Shown: positions 1 through 9,952, counted from the first letter of the stretch. The stretch: DNA of 28,187 bases from Prevotellaceae bacterium (GCA_031255055.1 JAIRTG010000125.1:1-28187); one strand, 5' to 3'. Notes: generated by a model from the letters alone, not told the origin. Program-made: numbers and translations.

Positions 1-4
1 TATG

Positions 5-35
5 AAAAAAGAGGATAACTCGAAAGTAATCCTCT
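5..35 (-). terminator. Rho-independent terminator (minus strand)
   Basis: Minus strand reads AGAGGAU-U-ACU-UUCG-AGU-U-AUCCUCU followed by a U-run (plus-strand A5-A10): stem with one U-U mismatch and a UUCG loop. Confidence 0.8.
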
Positions 36-117
36 AATATATGTTACAGTGTAACGCAGGAAGTTTATTGCTGACAGGTTGCTCCCCAGCAGAGCCTGCT
101 TCATCTTCAACTTCCTG
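5..117 (-). ncRNA. Candidate small RNA or 5' leader/attenuator, ~110 nt, family not recognised
   Basis: Bounded by a TACCTTTG -7 box (121-128) and the terminator (5-35). Perfect 9-bp closing stem 57-65/109-117 with nested CAGG/CCUG and UGCU/AGCA stems. No ORF in the track. Confidence 0.5.
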
Positions 118-120
118 ATA

Positions 121-128
121 CAAAGGTA
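121..128 (-). promoter_or_regulatory. Bacteroidota -7 promoter box TACCTTTG
   Basis: Plus-strand CAAAGGTA = TAnnTTTG on the minus strand, just upstream of the structured RNA. The nearest TTTG (144-147) is only 15 nt away, shorter than the usual 19-21. Confidence 0.6.
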
Positions 129-217
129 AAATAAAAAATGATTCAAAAAATAATACTCGAAAAATTTGGATTACAACATAGAAGTGATTAATGCGGTTCG
201 TCGTGTTTAATCACTAT

Positions 218-248
218 TTTGCTTTCAATGAAATAAGCATTATTTTTG
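218..248 (+). promoter_or_regulatory. Bacteroidota primary-sigma promoter (-33 TTTG / -7 TATTTTTG) for the transporter gene
   Basis: TTTG at 218-221, 19-nt spacer, TATTTTTG at 241-248, ATG at 305. Confidence 0.7.
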
Positions 249-304
249 CACCGGATTTTTTAAAAATGAGCTATTAATTTAATTGTTTTCAGATTATTCA
301 TATT

Positions 305-1975
305 ATGGACTGGTTGATAGAACTAATTGTCGGAACGGGGATTGCTCATTCAATCCTGGTGATCGCACTGGTGATTTCGGTGGGATTGTTATTGGGTAAG
401 ATAAAGCTGTTCGGTATCTCGCTCGGAACGACGTGGATCCTCTTTTTCGGCATATTCCTGGGACATATCGGACTGCGATTGGACGAACATGTGCTCCATT
501 TCCTGAAAGAATTCGGACTGATCTTGTTTATCTATTCTATCGGAATGCAGGTAGGACCCAGTTTCTTTTCGTCGTTCAAACAGGGCGGCATTGCGCTCAA
601 TATGCTGGCGTCGGGCGTGGTGCTGCTGGGAGTGCTTATTACTTGTATTATATATGGTATAACCGGATTGCCTATTGCTACGATGGTGGGGATATTGTCG
701 GGAGCGGTGACCAATACGCCCGGTCTGGGGGCAGCACAGCAGACTTTTACCGATGCGACGGGAACCGCCGATCCTGCTATTGCGACTGCATACGCGGTTG
801 CCTATCCGCTGGGTGTGGTCGGAATCATCCTGAGCATCGTCTTGTTCAGGTATGTCTTTAAGATTAATCTTGATAAGGAAAATAGCGTCGCGGAGGATAA
901 TGATGCCGCTAAAATGACGGAGGCACATGTGTTCTCGCTGAAGGTGATGAATCCCGCTATCTTCGGGAAAAAGATCATGGAGACGAAGCGATTGGTCGAT
1001 AAGGAATTTGTTATTTCGAGGGTGCTGCATGCAAAAACCGAAGGTCTGGTTGTTCCTCAAACAGATACGGTGCTGGAGGAAAACGACAAAATACTGGTGG
1101 TCTCGAACTTGAAGAATATTGATGTGATTGAAGCGTTTATCGGACTGCGAATCGATATGGACGAGGGTGAGTGGAATAAATTGGATTCGCTGCTGGTCTC
1201 GCGCAGGATATCGATTACCAAGTCGGCTATCAACGGACGTTCTATCGGTAACTTGAGATTGCGGAATTTGTTCGGTATTAATATTACTCGCGTTAACCGT
1301 GCGGGCGTTGACCTGATTGCCGATTCGGGACTGCAATTGCAATTGGGCGACCGGGTTACGGTGGTGGGTTCGGAAGAGGCTATCGTTCATGTGGAAAAGT
1401 TTCTCGGTAACTCGTTGAAGCGACTCAGGGAACCGAATCTTATTTCGATCTTTATCGGTATTGTGTTGGGCGTACTTGCGGGAAGTATCCCTTTTATGAT
1501 TCCGGGTGTTCCGCAACCTGTGAAGCTGGGACTGGCGGGAGGGCCGCTCATTGTGGCGATCTTGATTAGTAAATTCGGACCGAAGTATAAGTTGGTGACT
1601 TATACCACAATGAGCGCTAACTTGATGTTGAGGGAGATCGGTATTGCGCTGTTCCTTGCTTGTGTGGGATTTGGTGCGGGAGAGAATTTTGTGGAAACGG
1701 TGGTGAACGGCGGGTATAAGTGGATTGGATACGGGGTTATTATCACTGTTGTGCCGCTGTTGATTGTTGGCTTTGTCGGACGAAAAGTGTGTAAGCTGAA
1801 CTATTTTACGCTGACGGGACTGATAGCAGGCAGTATGACCGACCCGCCGGCGCTGTCTTTTGCGAATACGGCGGCGGGTAACGATATTCCGGCGGTGAGT
1901 TATGCCACTGTCTATCCGCTTACGATGTTTCTGAGGGTGATCACGGCGCAACTGCTGATCCTTATTTTCCTTTGA
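305..1975 (+). CDS. AspT/YidE/YbjL-family putative transporter with two TrkA-C (RCK_C) domains
   Basis: 556 aa. Hydrophobic N- and C-terminal duplicated domains with [12 protein letters not shown] and GSMTDPPAL motifs and YAxxYP; central soluble region with ISRV / [11 protein letters not shown] TrkA-C-like segments. Confidence 0.85.
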   Translation: MDWLIELIVGTGIAHSILVIALVISVGLLLGKIKLFGISLGTTWILFFGIFLGHIGLRLDEHVLHFLKEFGLILFIYSIGMQVGPSFFSSFKQGGIALNMLASGVVLLGVLITCIIYGITGLPIATMVGILSGAVTNTPGLGAAQQTFTDATGTADPAIATAYAVAYPLGVVGIILSIVLFRYVFKINLDKENSVAEDNDAAKMTEAHVFSLKVMNPAIFGKKIMETKRLVDKEFVISRVLHAKTEGLVVPQTDTVLEENDKILVVSNLKNIDVIEAFIGLRIDMDEGEWNKLDSLLVSRRISITKSAINGRSIGNLRLRNLFGINITRVNRAGVDLIADSGLQLQLGDRVTVVGSEEAIVHVEKFLGNSLKRLREPNLISIFIGIVLGVLAGSIPFMIPGVPQPVKLGLAGGPLIVAILISKFGPKYKLVTYTTMSANLMLREIGIALFLACVGFGAGENFVETVVNGGYKWIGYGVIITVVPLLIVGFVGRKVCKLNYFTLTGLIAGSMTDPPALSFANTAAGNDIPAVSYATVYPLTMFLRVITAQLLILIFL

Positions 1976-1985
1976 GCCGTAGTTG

Positions 1986-2057
1986 GTGTTTAATGATTAA
2001 AACATGGCGAATCGGTTCTAAACACGAATCACGACCACGATATTAATCATTAAACAC
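1986..2057. repeat. Perfect 14-bp inverted repeat between convergent genes
   Basis: GTGTTTAATGATTA (1986-1999) and TAATCATTAAACAC (2044-2057), 44-nt spacer. Confidence 0.75.
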
Positions 2058-2072
2058 GAATCTCACGAATCT

Positions 2073-2537
2073 CTAACCATTCATCGCTGCTAAGAGTGAT
2101 TTTACTTTTTCGGAAATTGTTCTTCCTTCGGCTTTCCCCGATAGTTGCTTTGAGGCTATTCCCATGACTTTTCCAATGTCTTGAGGGCCGCTCGCACCGG
2201 TTTGCTTGATGATTTCGGTGATGACGGCTTCTAATTCTTCGCCGGTCATGGGCGCCGGCAGGTAGCGTTCTATGACGGCTGCTTCGGCCAGTTCGTTGTC
2301 GGCCAGATCCTGACGGTTTTGCTGGCTGTAGATTTCGGCGCTTTCTCTGCGCTGTTTCAGCATTTTCTGTAGTATCCTTAAAGCCTGTTCGTCGTGTAGC
2401 GTTCCGTCGGAACCTTTGGCTGTTTTGGCTTCCAGAAATTCTTTCTTTATTCCCCGAAGGGCTTCCAATGTTACTTTTTCACGTGCAAGCATCGCTGTTT
2501 TTATGTCGGCGCTTACTTTTTCAAATAGTTGTTTCAT
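2073..2537 (-). CDS. yqeY: GatB/YqeY domain protein
   Basis: MKQLFEKVSADIKTAMLAREK...LRGIK, KQRRESAEIY...RQDLADNELAE..VIERYLP, DIGKVMG motifs. Start moved from the ORF-track 2585 (overlaps ftsZ) to ATG 2537. Usual position after ftsZ in Bacteroidota. Confidence 0.9.
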   Translation of the reverse strand: MKQLFEKVSADIKTAMLAREKVTLEALRGIKKEFLEAKTAKGSDGTLHDEQALRILQKMLKQRRESAEIYSQQNRQDLADNELAEAAVIERYLPAPMTGEELEAVITEIIKQTGASGPQDIGKVMGIASKQLSGKAEGRTISEKVKSLLAAMNG

Positions 2538-2557
2538 ATACGGTGGTTGTTTATGGG

Positions 2558-3907
2558 TTATTTTCTGTGGAGTTTCCGTTTCCACGCGGGTGTTTTTTCG
2601 AGGTCATCCAGCTTATCGTCGTTGTCCAGGTCGGAGAGTGTGATTGTTGGGAGATCTCTTTCGGCCATCTCGTTGTTTTCTTCTGTGAAGACGTTTTCTT
2701 CGATTTCTTTCCCGATGGTTGTTGTACGCTTGATTTTTTCGCCGTAGAAGCTACCGATTGCCTTTTTGATTTCTTCTTCTTTGTTGGGTCTGCCGGTTGT
2801 CTCTCCTCTGGTTTCGACTTTTGTCGGACGACTTGGGGGAATATTTTCTGCTTCTTCGGCATTTTTCCGTTCGTTTTGCCTGTCTTTGTGCTGTTTTGCG
2901 ATTTTGGAGGGCATGCCGGGTATGTCGCCGACTTCAAAGCCTGTGGCTATCAGGGTTATTTTTACATCGTCTCCCAGTTCGTCGTCGAAGGTGGCGCCCC
3001 ATATCACTTGTACGTCTGTTCCGACTTTGCCCATGAAGTGGTGTATTTCTTCCACTTCGTCCATCCTGATTTGGTTGGATGTGGAACAGTAGAGGCTCAG
3101 CAGGATTTTGCTGGCGCCGCTCACGTCGTTGGTGTTTAGCAGGGGCGAGTTCAGCGCGTTTTCGATGGCTTTTGAGATTCGGTGTTCTCCCGAAGCGCAC
3201 CCGGTGTTCATAATGGCGACGTTGCCGTCTTTCATGATGCTGTATACGTCGGCAAAGTCAGTGTTGATATATCCGGGTATGGTGATGATTTCGGCAATGG
3301 CTTTGGCGGCGTTTGTCAGTACGTCGTCGGCTTTGGCGAAGGCGTTGGATAGTTCCAGGTCGGGATATATGTCTTTTAGTTTTTCGTTGTTTATGACCAG
3401 GATGGCGTCGACGTGTTCGCTTAGGGCGGCGACGCCTTCCAGCGCTTGCCTGATTTTTAGGTTTCCCTCGAAGGCGAAGGGAATGGTGACGATGCCGACG
3501 GTGAGGATGCCCATGTCGTGCGCTACTTTCGCGACGACGGGTGACGCGCCTGTACCTGTTCCGCCTCCCATTCCGGCAGTGATGAATACCATTTTGGTGC
3601 TGTCTTGAAACATTGCCTGTATTTTGCTTAATGATTCTTCGGCGGCTTTTTTGGCTACTTCGGGGTTTCCTCCGGCGCCGAGTCCTTCGGTGGTGTTGCT
3701 ACCTAGTTGTATTTTGATGGGGACGGGCGATTTGATCAGCGCCTGATTGTCGGTGTTGCACACCACGAAGGAGACGTCGGTGATTCCTTGCCGGTACATG
3801 TGATTGACGGCGTTTCCGCCGCCGCCGCCGACTCCGATGACTTTGATGATGATGGTGTCGCTGATCAGTGGCAATTCTAACGGTAGATGGTCTATTATAT
3901 TTCCCAT
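2558..3907 (-). CDS. ftsZ: Cell division GTPase FtsZ
   Basis: [24 protein letters not shown], tubulin signature [20 protein letters not shown]; long acidic linker and C-terminal PAWKRK peptide. Confidence 0.99.
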   Translation of the reverse strand: MGNIIDHLPLELPLISDTIIIKVIGVGGGGGNAVNHMYRQGITDVSFVVCNTDNQALIKSPVPIKIQLGSNTTEGLGAGGNPEVAKKAAEESLSKIQAMFQDSTKMVFITAGMGGGTGTGASPVVAKVAHDMGILTVGIVTIPFAFEGNLKIRQALEGVAALSEHVDAILVINNEKLKDIYPDLELSNAFAKADDVLTNAAKAIAEIITIPGYINTDFADVYSIMKDGNVAIMNTGCASGEHRISKAIENALNSPLLNTNDVSGASKILLSLYCSTSNQIRMDEVEEIHHFMGKVGTDVQVIWGATFDDELGDDVKITLIATGFEVGDIPGMPSKIAKQHKDRQNERKNAEEAENIPPSRPTKVETRGETTGRPNKEEEIKKAIGSFYGEKIKRTTTIGKEIEENVFTEENNEMAERDLPTITLSDLDNDDKLDDLEKTPAWKRKLHRK

Positions 3908-3922
3908 GAGTGTATGTGTGTT

Positions 3923-5278
3923 TTAATAATTTATTTTTGCATCAAGTCGAACGGTACTGATTTTTTTTACCCTGTCTTTTTTGACCGATTTGGATTCCTG
4001 CTTTTTGGGTTTTTTGGCTGTCTGTTTTTTTTCCTCTTCGTTGAAAAAGTTGATGAAGCCCTGCGCCAGCGAATCGAAAATACGGGTTGTGTGTTTCGAT
4101 TTGTGTGTTTCGATTTGTTTTGCAGGGTTGTTCCGGTTGTCGTTGGCGAGCACAATTGTTCCGATGAGCTGGGCGTATTGGGGGTCGTAGAATTGTTCGT
4201 CGACGTCGTCGGCCAGCCAGTCGGAGTGGTTTCCGTATCGTACGGGCATGTTTGTTTTTTCTTCGATAAATTGGGTGATGCCGTTTAGTTTCGAGCCTCC
4301 GCCTGTGATGATGATACCGGCTTCGAGTTCTTGGTGTTGCTGTTGTTGCCGTATCCTGAAAAAGATCGGCTCTAACATGTCTTCGAGGCGTGCTTCGATG
4401 ATTCTGCCTAAAAAGCGGGTGGATATTTTAACCGTTTCTCTGTCGTTGAGTGTGGATGGAAACTGTACATTGACGGGGTTGGTGATACATTTTTCCATCG
4501 CGACTCCTTTTTTTTGTTTCAGGAGTTCGGCGTTTTTTTCGTTGATGCCGAGTTCGCAAATGTCGGCTGTGATTGCTTTGGCGCCGAGCGGCACGACGAT
4601 CATGTCTTGTAGAGCGCCTTCGTTGTAGATTGCCAGGGTTGTTGTGCCGGCTCCCATGTTGATAAGTGCGCATCCGTTTTTGCGTTCGTCGTCTTCGAGC
4701 AAAACGGTCGACAGGGCTTCGATACCCAGTGAACAGTGTTCGATTAGAATCCCTGTGCGGTCAAAACATTCGTTCAGGTTTGCTTTGATTTCTTTTTTGC
4801 CGATAATGGCGTTGTAGTCTATGTCCAGGATGCTTCCTTTTTTGCCGACGGGGTTTTCTACTTTTCCGCCGTCGATGTAATATGCCGCCGGGAATAGTTT
4901 GTAAACGTCTTTGTCTTTGAACGACAGCGTTTCTTCAAAACATTCGTCTCGGAGTTCGTTTATCAGGTGCTGGTTGATCGACTTGAGGCTGATGTCGAAG
5001 CTTTGGGAAAGCAGCCAGCAACGCATGCTTCTTGCGTTGATGCTGACGGCTACCCGGTTGATGTTTTTGATTCCCGAACTGTTTTGAAGCAGTTTTTGTA
5101 ACTCGTTTACGGCAAATGCTGCGCTTGTTTTTTGCTCAATAAGGCCTTTGTTGATGGCGGTGGTCTTTTTGCTTTCGGCTGCAAGTATTTTAATAGCGCC
5201 ATTTTCTTGCACTTCGACCGTGATGGCCAAAATCTGTGATGTGCCGAAATCGATTGCAGTTAATTCATTTTCTTTCAT
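3923..5278 (-). CDS. ftsA: Cell division protein FtsA
   Basis: AIDFGTSQI (phosphate 1), NMGAGTT (phosphate 2), IEARLED, IITGGGSKL (adenosine motif), amphipathic RIFDSLAQGFINFF helix. Start moved from 5338 (overlaps ftsQ) to ATG 5278. Confidence 0.93.
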   Translation of the reverse strand: MKENELTAIDFGTSQILAITVEVQENGAIKILAAESKKTTAINKGLIEQKTSAAFAVNELQKLLQNSSGIKNINRVAVSINARSMRCWLLSQSFDISLKSINQHLINELRDECFEETLSFKDKDVYKLFPAAYYIDGGKVENPVGKKGSILDIDYNAIIGKKEIKANLNECFDRTGILIEHCSLGIEALSTVLLEDDERKNGCALINMGAGTTTLAIYNEGALQDMIVVPLGAKAITADICELGINEKNAELLKQKKGVAMEKCITNPVNVQFPSTLNDRETVKISTRFLGRIIEARLEDMLEPIFFRIRQQQQHQELEAGIIITGGGSKLNGITQFIEEKTNMPVRYGNHSDWLADDVDEQFYDPQYAQLIGTIVLANDNRNNPAKQIETHKSKHTTRIFDSLAQGFINFFNEEEKKQTAKKPKKQESKSVKKDRVKKISTVRLDAKINY

Positions 5279-5322
5279 ATTTCCGTGTCTTTTATTATTG
5301 ATAGTTATGGTAGAAATGTTGT

Positions 5323-6060
5323 TTATTTTTTTGTACATACGATCTGTCCGTCGTAGCGGAGGTCGATTTTCTTGTATCTGTCCCAGCCAATGATATTGAA
5401 TGTTTCATAAAGTTTATGCAGTTTATCTAATTTGGTTTTATAATTATCCAGACTTCCCAGCAGAATGACGGCATCGCCTACGCGGGTAACAAATTCGATG
5501 TTGTTGTTGTGCAGGACATTGATTTGTTCTAGTTGGGCGTTCCAGAAATCGTTTTTATCTAAAAAGGTTATAAAGTCGAACAGCTCTCCTTTTGCAAATT
5601 CTTCGTTGACTTTCCCTGTCACGATGGGAATATAGGCCGTAAAGTTGTTTGCTGTCGGGACTTTTGTTTTTTCGGCGTCGATGTAATAGTTTTCGCTTCC
5701 GATGATCCGAAATTTGGGGATGCGCTGGCTTATTTCGATGCACACATTGCCCGAAGGGGTGGTGTAGCTTTCGACGGATTTTATAAATCGGTTGTTTTGT
5801 ATGACGTTTTCTATCGACTCTGTGCTGATGTCTTTCAGCGGTTTTCCCGTCGGGTCAAGTCCGGCTTTGGCGATGAGCGACCGTATTTGATTTTCGCCTA
5901 TCAGTCGGTATTCCGGTTTGTCGGTGATGATGATTCTGACCTCTTTGCAATTTGTGTCGGACGGTTTGTCGGGAAATAAAAAAGCGAATATGAAAAGATA
6001 TGCCGAAACCGAAAACATTCCTGTCAGCGTCATTATTTTATATACGATTAATTTCCACAT
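5323..6060 (-). CDS. ftsQ: Cell division protein FtsQ/DivIB
   Basis: Single N-terminal TM segment, POTRA-like region (IENVIQNNRFIKSVESY, ISQRIP), C-terminal YKKIDLRYDGQIVC; lies between murC and ftsA. Confidence 0.9.
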   Translation of the reverse strand: MWKLIVYKIMTLTGMFSVSAYLFIFAFLFPDKPSDTNCKEVRIIITDKPEYRLIGENQIRSLIAKAGLDPTGKPLKDISTESIENVIQNNRFIKSVESYTTPSGNVCIEISQRIPKFRIIGSENYYIDAEKTKVPTANNFTAYIPIVTGKVNEEFAKGELFDFITFLDKNDFWNAQLEQINVLHNNNIEFVTRVGDAVILLGSLDNYKTKLDKLHKLYETFNIIGWDRYKKIDLRYDGQIVCTKK

Positions 6061-6085
6061 GGCGATCTAATAACAAATTACAAAT

Positions 6086-7477
6086 TTAAATGGTTTCTCT
6101 GTCTTTTTTTTTCAGTTCTTCTTTGATAAGAGGCGGCAAGGTGTCGATATCACCGGCTCCGAAAGTGACGACAACATCAAGTTCCAAGTCTTTGATGTGT
6201 GCTATCAGTTCTGTTTTTGAGTAGATCTTTTTGGCCGGAATGGTCACTTTATCCAGCATCATTTTGGCGTCGACGCCTGCTATGGGTTCTTCTCTGGCGG
6301 GGTAGATGTCCAGTAAAATCAACTGGTCCAAACCGGATAGAACGGTGGCGAAATCGTCGGCAAAGTCGCGCGTGCGACTGTAGAGATGCGGCTGAAAAAT
6401 GCCTGTCATCTTTCTGCCCGGAAATGCTTCGCGAATGGATGAGATGCTTGCTTTCAATTCGCCCGGATGATGTGCATAGTCGTCGATATAGAAAAAACGG
6501 TCCGACTTGTAGATGACGTTGAATCGCCTGTAAACGCCCGAATAGGAAGAAATTCCTGTTCTGAGTTCGTCGCTGCTCACGCCGCAAAGCCATGCCAGCG
6601 TCATGGCGGCAATGCTGTTTTCGACGTTGATGCGTATCGGGGAGTTCAATCGCACATCGTTGATGCGTGCTGTCGGAGCAACAAAATCAAATAAAAATTC
6701 TCCGTTCGTCAGCCTGATGTTGTCTGCATAAAAATCGCTTTCCTTATCGTCCTGTGAATAGGTATAAATCTTTATTTTTTCGGCGCTGCGCGGATGTATG
6801 TCCACATTTTTGTGCATCACCAGCGAACCGCCCGGACGGATGAGCGATGTGAAATGTTCAAAGCTTTCGCAAAAGGCTTCGGCTGTGCCGTAAATGTCCA
6901 GATGGTCGGGTTCGGTCGATGTTATCAGGGCCATGTATGGCGACAGGTGATGAAACGAACGGTCGTACTCGTCGGCTTCGACAACAACCCAATTGCTCTC
7001 TCTCGAAAGGAGCAGGTTGGTATTGTAGTTGTTTGCGATGCCGCCCAAAAAGGCGCTGCAAGAAACGGCCGACTGATGTAGTAAATGCGCCGTTATGGTC
7101 GATACGGTTGTTTTTCCGTGCGTTCCCGCCACACAGATTGCTTTGTGGTCTTTTGTGATGCGTCCCAACACTTCCGAACGTTTACGGATGTCGAAATTAT
7201 TCGATTTGAAATAGCATAACAAGGCGCTGTCGGCGGGAATGGCGGGCGTGATTACTACCAATGTCGTATCGGGGTTTGTGAATTTATCGGGAATTTTACT
7301 CACATCGTCGCTGAACGCTACTTCGATAGTTTCGTTCTGCAGTTCTTTTGTCAGGTTACTTTCTGTACGGTCATAACCTGCAACGTCATATCCTTTCGAT
7401 TTGAAATAGCGGGCAAGGGCGCTCATGCCAATGCCGCCGATACCTATAAAATAATATCTTGAATAGTTTTTTTTCAT
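6086..7477 (-). CDS. murC: UDP-N-acetylmuramate--L-alanine ligase
   Basis: YFIGIGGIGMSALA, AGTHGKTT, EADEYDRSF, DDYAHHP, FQPHLYSRT, DIYPAREEPI. Confidence 0.98.
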   Translation of the reverse strand: MKKNYSRYYFIGIGGIGMSALARYFKSKGYDVAGYDRTESNLTKELQNETIEVAFSDDVSKIPDKFTNPDTTLVVITPAIPADSALLCYFKSNNFDIRKRSEVLGRITKDHKAICVAGTHGKTTVSTITAHLLHQSAVSCSAFLGGIANNYNTNLLLSRESNWVVVEADEYDRSFHHLSPYMALITSTEPDHLDIYGTAEAFCESFEHFTSLIRPGGSLVMHKNVDIHPRSAEKIKIYTYSQDDKESDFYADNIRLTNGEFLFDFVAPTARINDVRLNSPIRINVENSIAAMTLAWLCGVSSDELRTGISSYSGVYRRFNVIYKSDRFFYIDDYAHHPGELKASISSIREAFPGRKMTGIFQPHLYSRTRDFADDFATVLSGLDQLILLDIYPAREEPIAGVDAKMMLDKVTIPAKKIYSKTELIAHIKDLELDVVVTFGAGDIDTLPPLIKEELKKKDRETI

Positions 7478-7513
7478 TTCGACTTTATACTATAACAGTA
7501 TCCGAATGTGATT

Positions 7514-8608
7514 TTAAATCAGGTTTAATATTTCGTCAACAATTCTTCCTGCCGAATCCTCTTGTGCCATTTTGCTAATGTTGGCGGACAGGGCATTCAA
7601 TTTTTCGTCATCGGCAATCGTTTCCAGCGCCGTATCAATTAGTTTGTTTTTTGCTTCGGCGTCGGTAATCATGATTGCGGCGTCTTTTTTCACCAGCGCC
7701 AGCGCGTTTTGTGTTTGGTGATCTTCGGCCACGTTTGGCGAAGGAACCAAAATGCACGCTTTCCCCAGTAGGCAAAGTTCGGAGATGGCGCCGGCGCCGG
7801 CTCTCGAAATAACCAAATCGGCAACACTGTAGGCATAGTCCATCTGTGCGATGAAGTCTGTTACAATGATGTCCGGATGACGCAGATGCTCGACAGACCG
7901 GCGGGCTTCTTCAATGTAAAACTTGCCTGTCTGCCATATAAACTGTATGCCCGATGTGTCCAATTTGTTCAATCCTGCAATGATACTCTGATTGACCGTT
8001 CTTGCTCCCAAACTTCCGCCTACAACCAATATTGTTTTTTTATCGGTGTCCAAGCGGAAGAAATCAAATGCTTCTTTTGCTTTCGGTGTGGTTGCCAACA
8101 AGTTTTGCCTTACCGGATTTCCGGTCAGAACAATCTTTTCTTTCGGGAAAAAACGTTCCATGCCTTCGTAGGCTACGCATATCTTTTTTGCTTTTTTGGC
8201 CAGCAGTTTATTGGCTACGCCTGCGTATGAGTTTTGTTCCTGTAACACGGTCGGGATGTTGAGTTTTCCTGCAGCGTTCAGGGTTGGGGCGCTTGCATAA
8301 CCGCCTACGCCAATCACTACATCGGGGCCGAAATGCTTCACGATGCTTTTTGCAAGGCGCTGACTTTTGAAATAGTTTCTCAAAACGTTGATGTTTTTCA
8401 ATAACTTTTTCCTGTTGAGTCCACTCACCGGCAATCCTTCTATTTTATAACCTGCGGCAGGCACTTTTTCCATTTCCATTCTGCCTTCGGCTCCTACAAA
8501 TAGTATTTCGGCGTCGGAACAACGCTTTTTCAACTCGTTTGCAATGCTTATCGCCGGAAAGATGTGTCCGCCGGTTCCGCCTCCGCTTATTATAAACTTA
8601 TTTTTCAT
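7514..8608 (-). CDS. murG: Undecaprenyl-PP-MurNAc-pentapeptide GlcNAc transferase
   Basis: SGGGTGGHIFPA, GGYAS, EQNSYAG, TGNPVR, GGSLGA, SRAGA, HQTQNA. Confidence 0.98.
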   Translation of the reverse strand: MKNKFIISGGGTGGHIFPAISIANELKKRCSDAEILFVGAEGRMEMEKVPAAGYKIEGLPVSGLNRKKLLKNINVLRNYFKSQRLAKSIVKHFGPDVVIGVGGYASAPTLNAAGKLNIPTVLQEQNSYAGVANKLLAKKAKKICVAYEGMERFFPKEKIVLTGNPVRQNLLATTPKAKEAFDFFRLDTDKKTILVVGGSLGARTVNQSIIAGLNKLDTSGIQFIWQTGKFYIEEARRSVEHLRHPDIIVTDFIAQMDYAYSVADLVISRAGAGAISELCLLGKACILVPSPNVAEDHQTQNALALVKKDAAIMITDAEAKNKLIDTALETIADDEKLNALSANISKMAQEDSAGRIVDEILNLI

Positions 8609-8638
8609 ATTGCCGATGATTTTTTAGTTACACAGTTT

Positions 8639-9889
8639 CTAAATGTCATCAATACCGACGGTCGACAATTGTTTATCATCACTGTCTTCGGCATCTTCGA
8701 CCGCCATTTCTCCTATCTTTTCCGCCTCTTCTTCATCGCGCATCTGGCGCGTTACTCCCAGTATGATGCCAAAATAGATGCAGGTGACAAGTATTGATGT
8801 CCCGCCCCGACTAATCAACGGCAACGGCTGTCCTGTTACAGGCGCTAAACTGGCGGCAACCGACGTGCTCATCAGCGCTTGCAGCACAATTGTCAGCGCC
8901 AACCCGATGACGAGCAAGGCTGTGAACGGCGTTTTTGACTTTGTTGCAATCCGCCCCACCCTGAAAAGTAATACCAGGTAAAGAAGAATGACAAATATGC
9001 CTCCGACCAATCCCATTTCTTCTACAATGATGGCGAAAATGAAATCGGCGTATGCCTGCGGAAGATAGTCGCGCTGGATGCTGTTGCCCGGAAAAACGCC
9101 GAAAATACCTCCTCTGGCAATTGCTATGCGTCCGTGTTGCACCTGCCTGTTTTTATCGTTGATGACATATTTTGTGGCAGGGTCTTCTTCTTCGTACAGG
9201 AAACGGTCGATGCGTTCAATCCACGTATATGAGCGGTCGAATACCTCCGGCATGTTTTCTCTGGGAGTGTTTTTTACAATAAAATAGCCCATAACGGCAA
9301 CCACTGCCAATGAACCGACCAGTGTCAGTAGCCTTTTCCAAGAAACTTGTCCGATGTACATCATGCACAGTACGACGGCAAGAATTAGGCATACGGTTGA
9401 GAAATTTTCAGGGAAAATGGGCAAACAAATGATTCCTACAATGAGAATGATGTTTCGGAAATATGTTTTTTCGTTGTCCGCTTCTTTTCTTATCCGCGAA
9501 ATCATGTCGGCCGTAACGATAACAACCGAAATCTTTGCGATTTCGGACGGCTGAAACCTGATGCCGAAAATCTGAAGCCAGCGTGTGGCGTCATTTTCAC
9601 TTTCTCCCATAAACAATACGAGTATAAGTAACACTACTGAAATGATCAATCCTAAGTAGGCCAGAATCCGGATATATTTATATGGAATGAAATGGATGAG
9701 GAATGCCATCAGCGCTCCGAGAGCCAAAAAACCGACATGATGCAGCATTGGCGCGGTGTGATTGGCTGCTTTGTATGCCAATGTGCTCGTGGCGCTGTAC
9801 ATTTCGACGGCCGAAACAACACAAAGGGCGATAAATACAAACCAAAGTATTGGGTCGCCTTTCAAGTATTTTTTTAGAAGAGGTATCAT
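8639..9889 (-). CDS. ftsW: SEDS peptidoglycan polymerase FtsW
   Basis: Multi-TM protein with ATRWL, FQPSEIAK, YADFIFAIIVEEMG, PVTGQPLPLISRGGTS; lies between murD and murG. Confidence 0.95.
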   Translation of the reverse strand: MIPLLKKYLKGDPILWFVFIALCVVSAVEMYSATSTLAYKAANHTAPMLHHVGFLALGALMAFLIHFIPYKYIRILAYLGLIISVVLLILVLFMGESENDATRWLQIFGIRFQPSEIAKISVVIVTADMISRIRKEADNEKTYFRNIILIVGIICLPIFPENFSTVCLILAVVLCMMYIGQVSWKRLLTLVGSLAVVAVMGYFIVKNTPRENMPEVFDRSYTWIERIDRFLYEEEDPATKYVINDKNRQVQHGRIAIARGGIFGVFPGNSIQRDYLPQAYADFIFAIIVEEMGLVGGIFVILLYLVLLFRVGRIATKSKTPFTALLVIGLALTIVLQALMSTSVAASLAPVTGQPLPLISRGGTSILVTCIYFGIILGVTRQMRDEEEAEKIGEMAVEDAEDSDDKQLSTVGIDDI

Positions 9890-9952
9890 TGCTGTTCGTT
9901 CTTATTCTTATTTGAAAATAAAGTTTGATTGTTTTGTCGTCGGCTTTTCATG

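Noticed and set aside
57-117. SRP (4.5S) RNA or SAM-I/IV riboswitch
   Set aside because: CAGG...AGCA and GCUG..GCAACC resemble parts of these families, but the SRP GNRA loop and flanking pairing and the SAM GGUGC partner strand are missing.
389-1951. 520-aa antisense ORF as a real gene
   Set aside because: Exact codon-register shadow of the transporter, with no recognisable motifs.
3932-3939. Plus-strand TATTTTTG (-7-like) pointing antisense into ftsA
   Set aside because: No -33 box at the right spacing, and the motif arises easily in AT-rich sequence.
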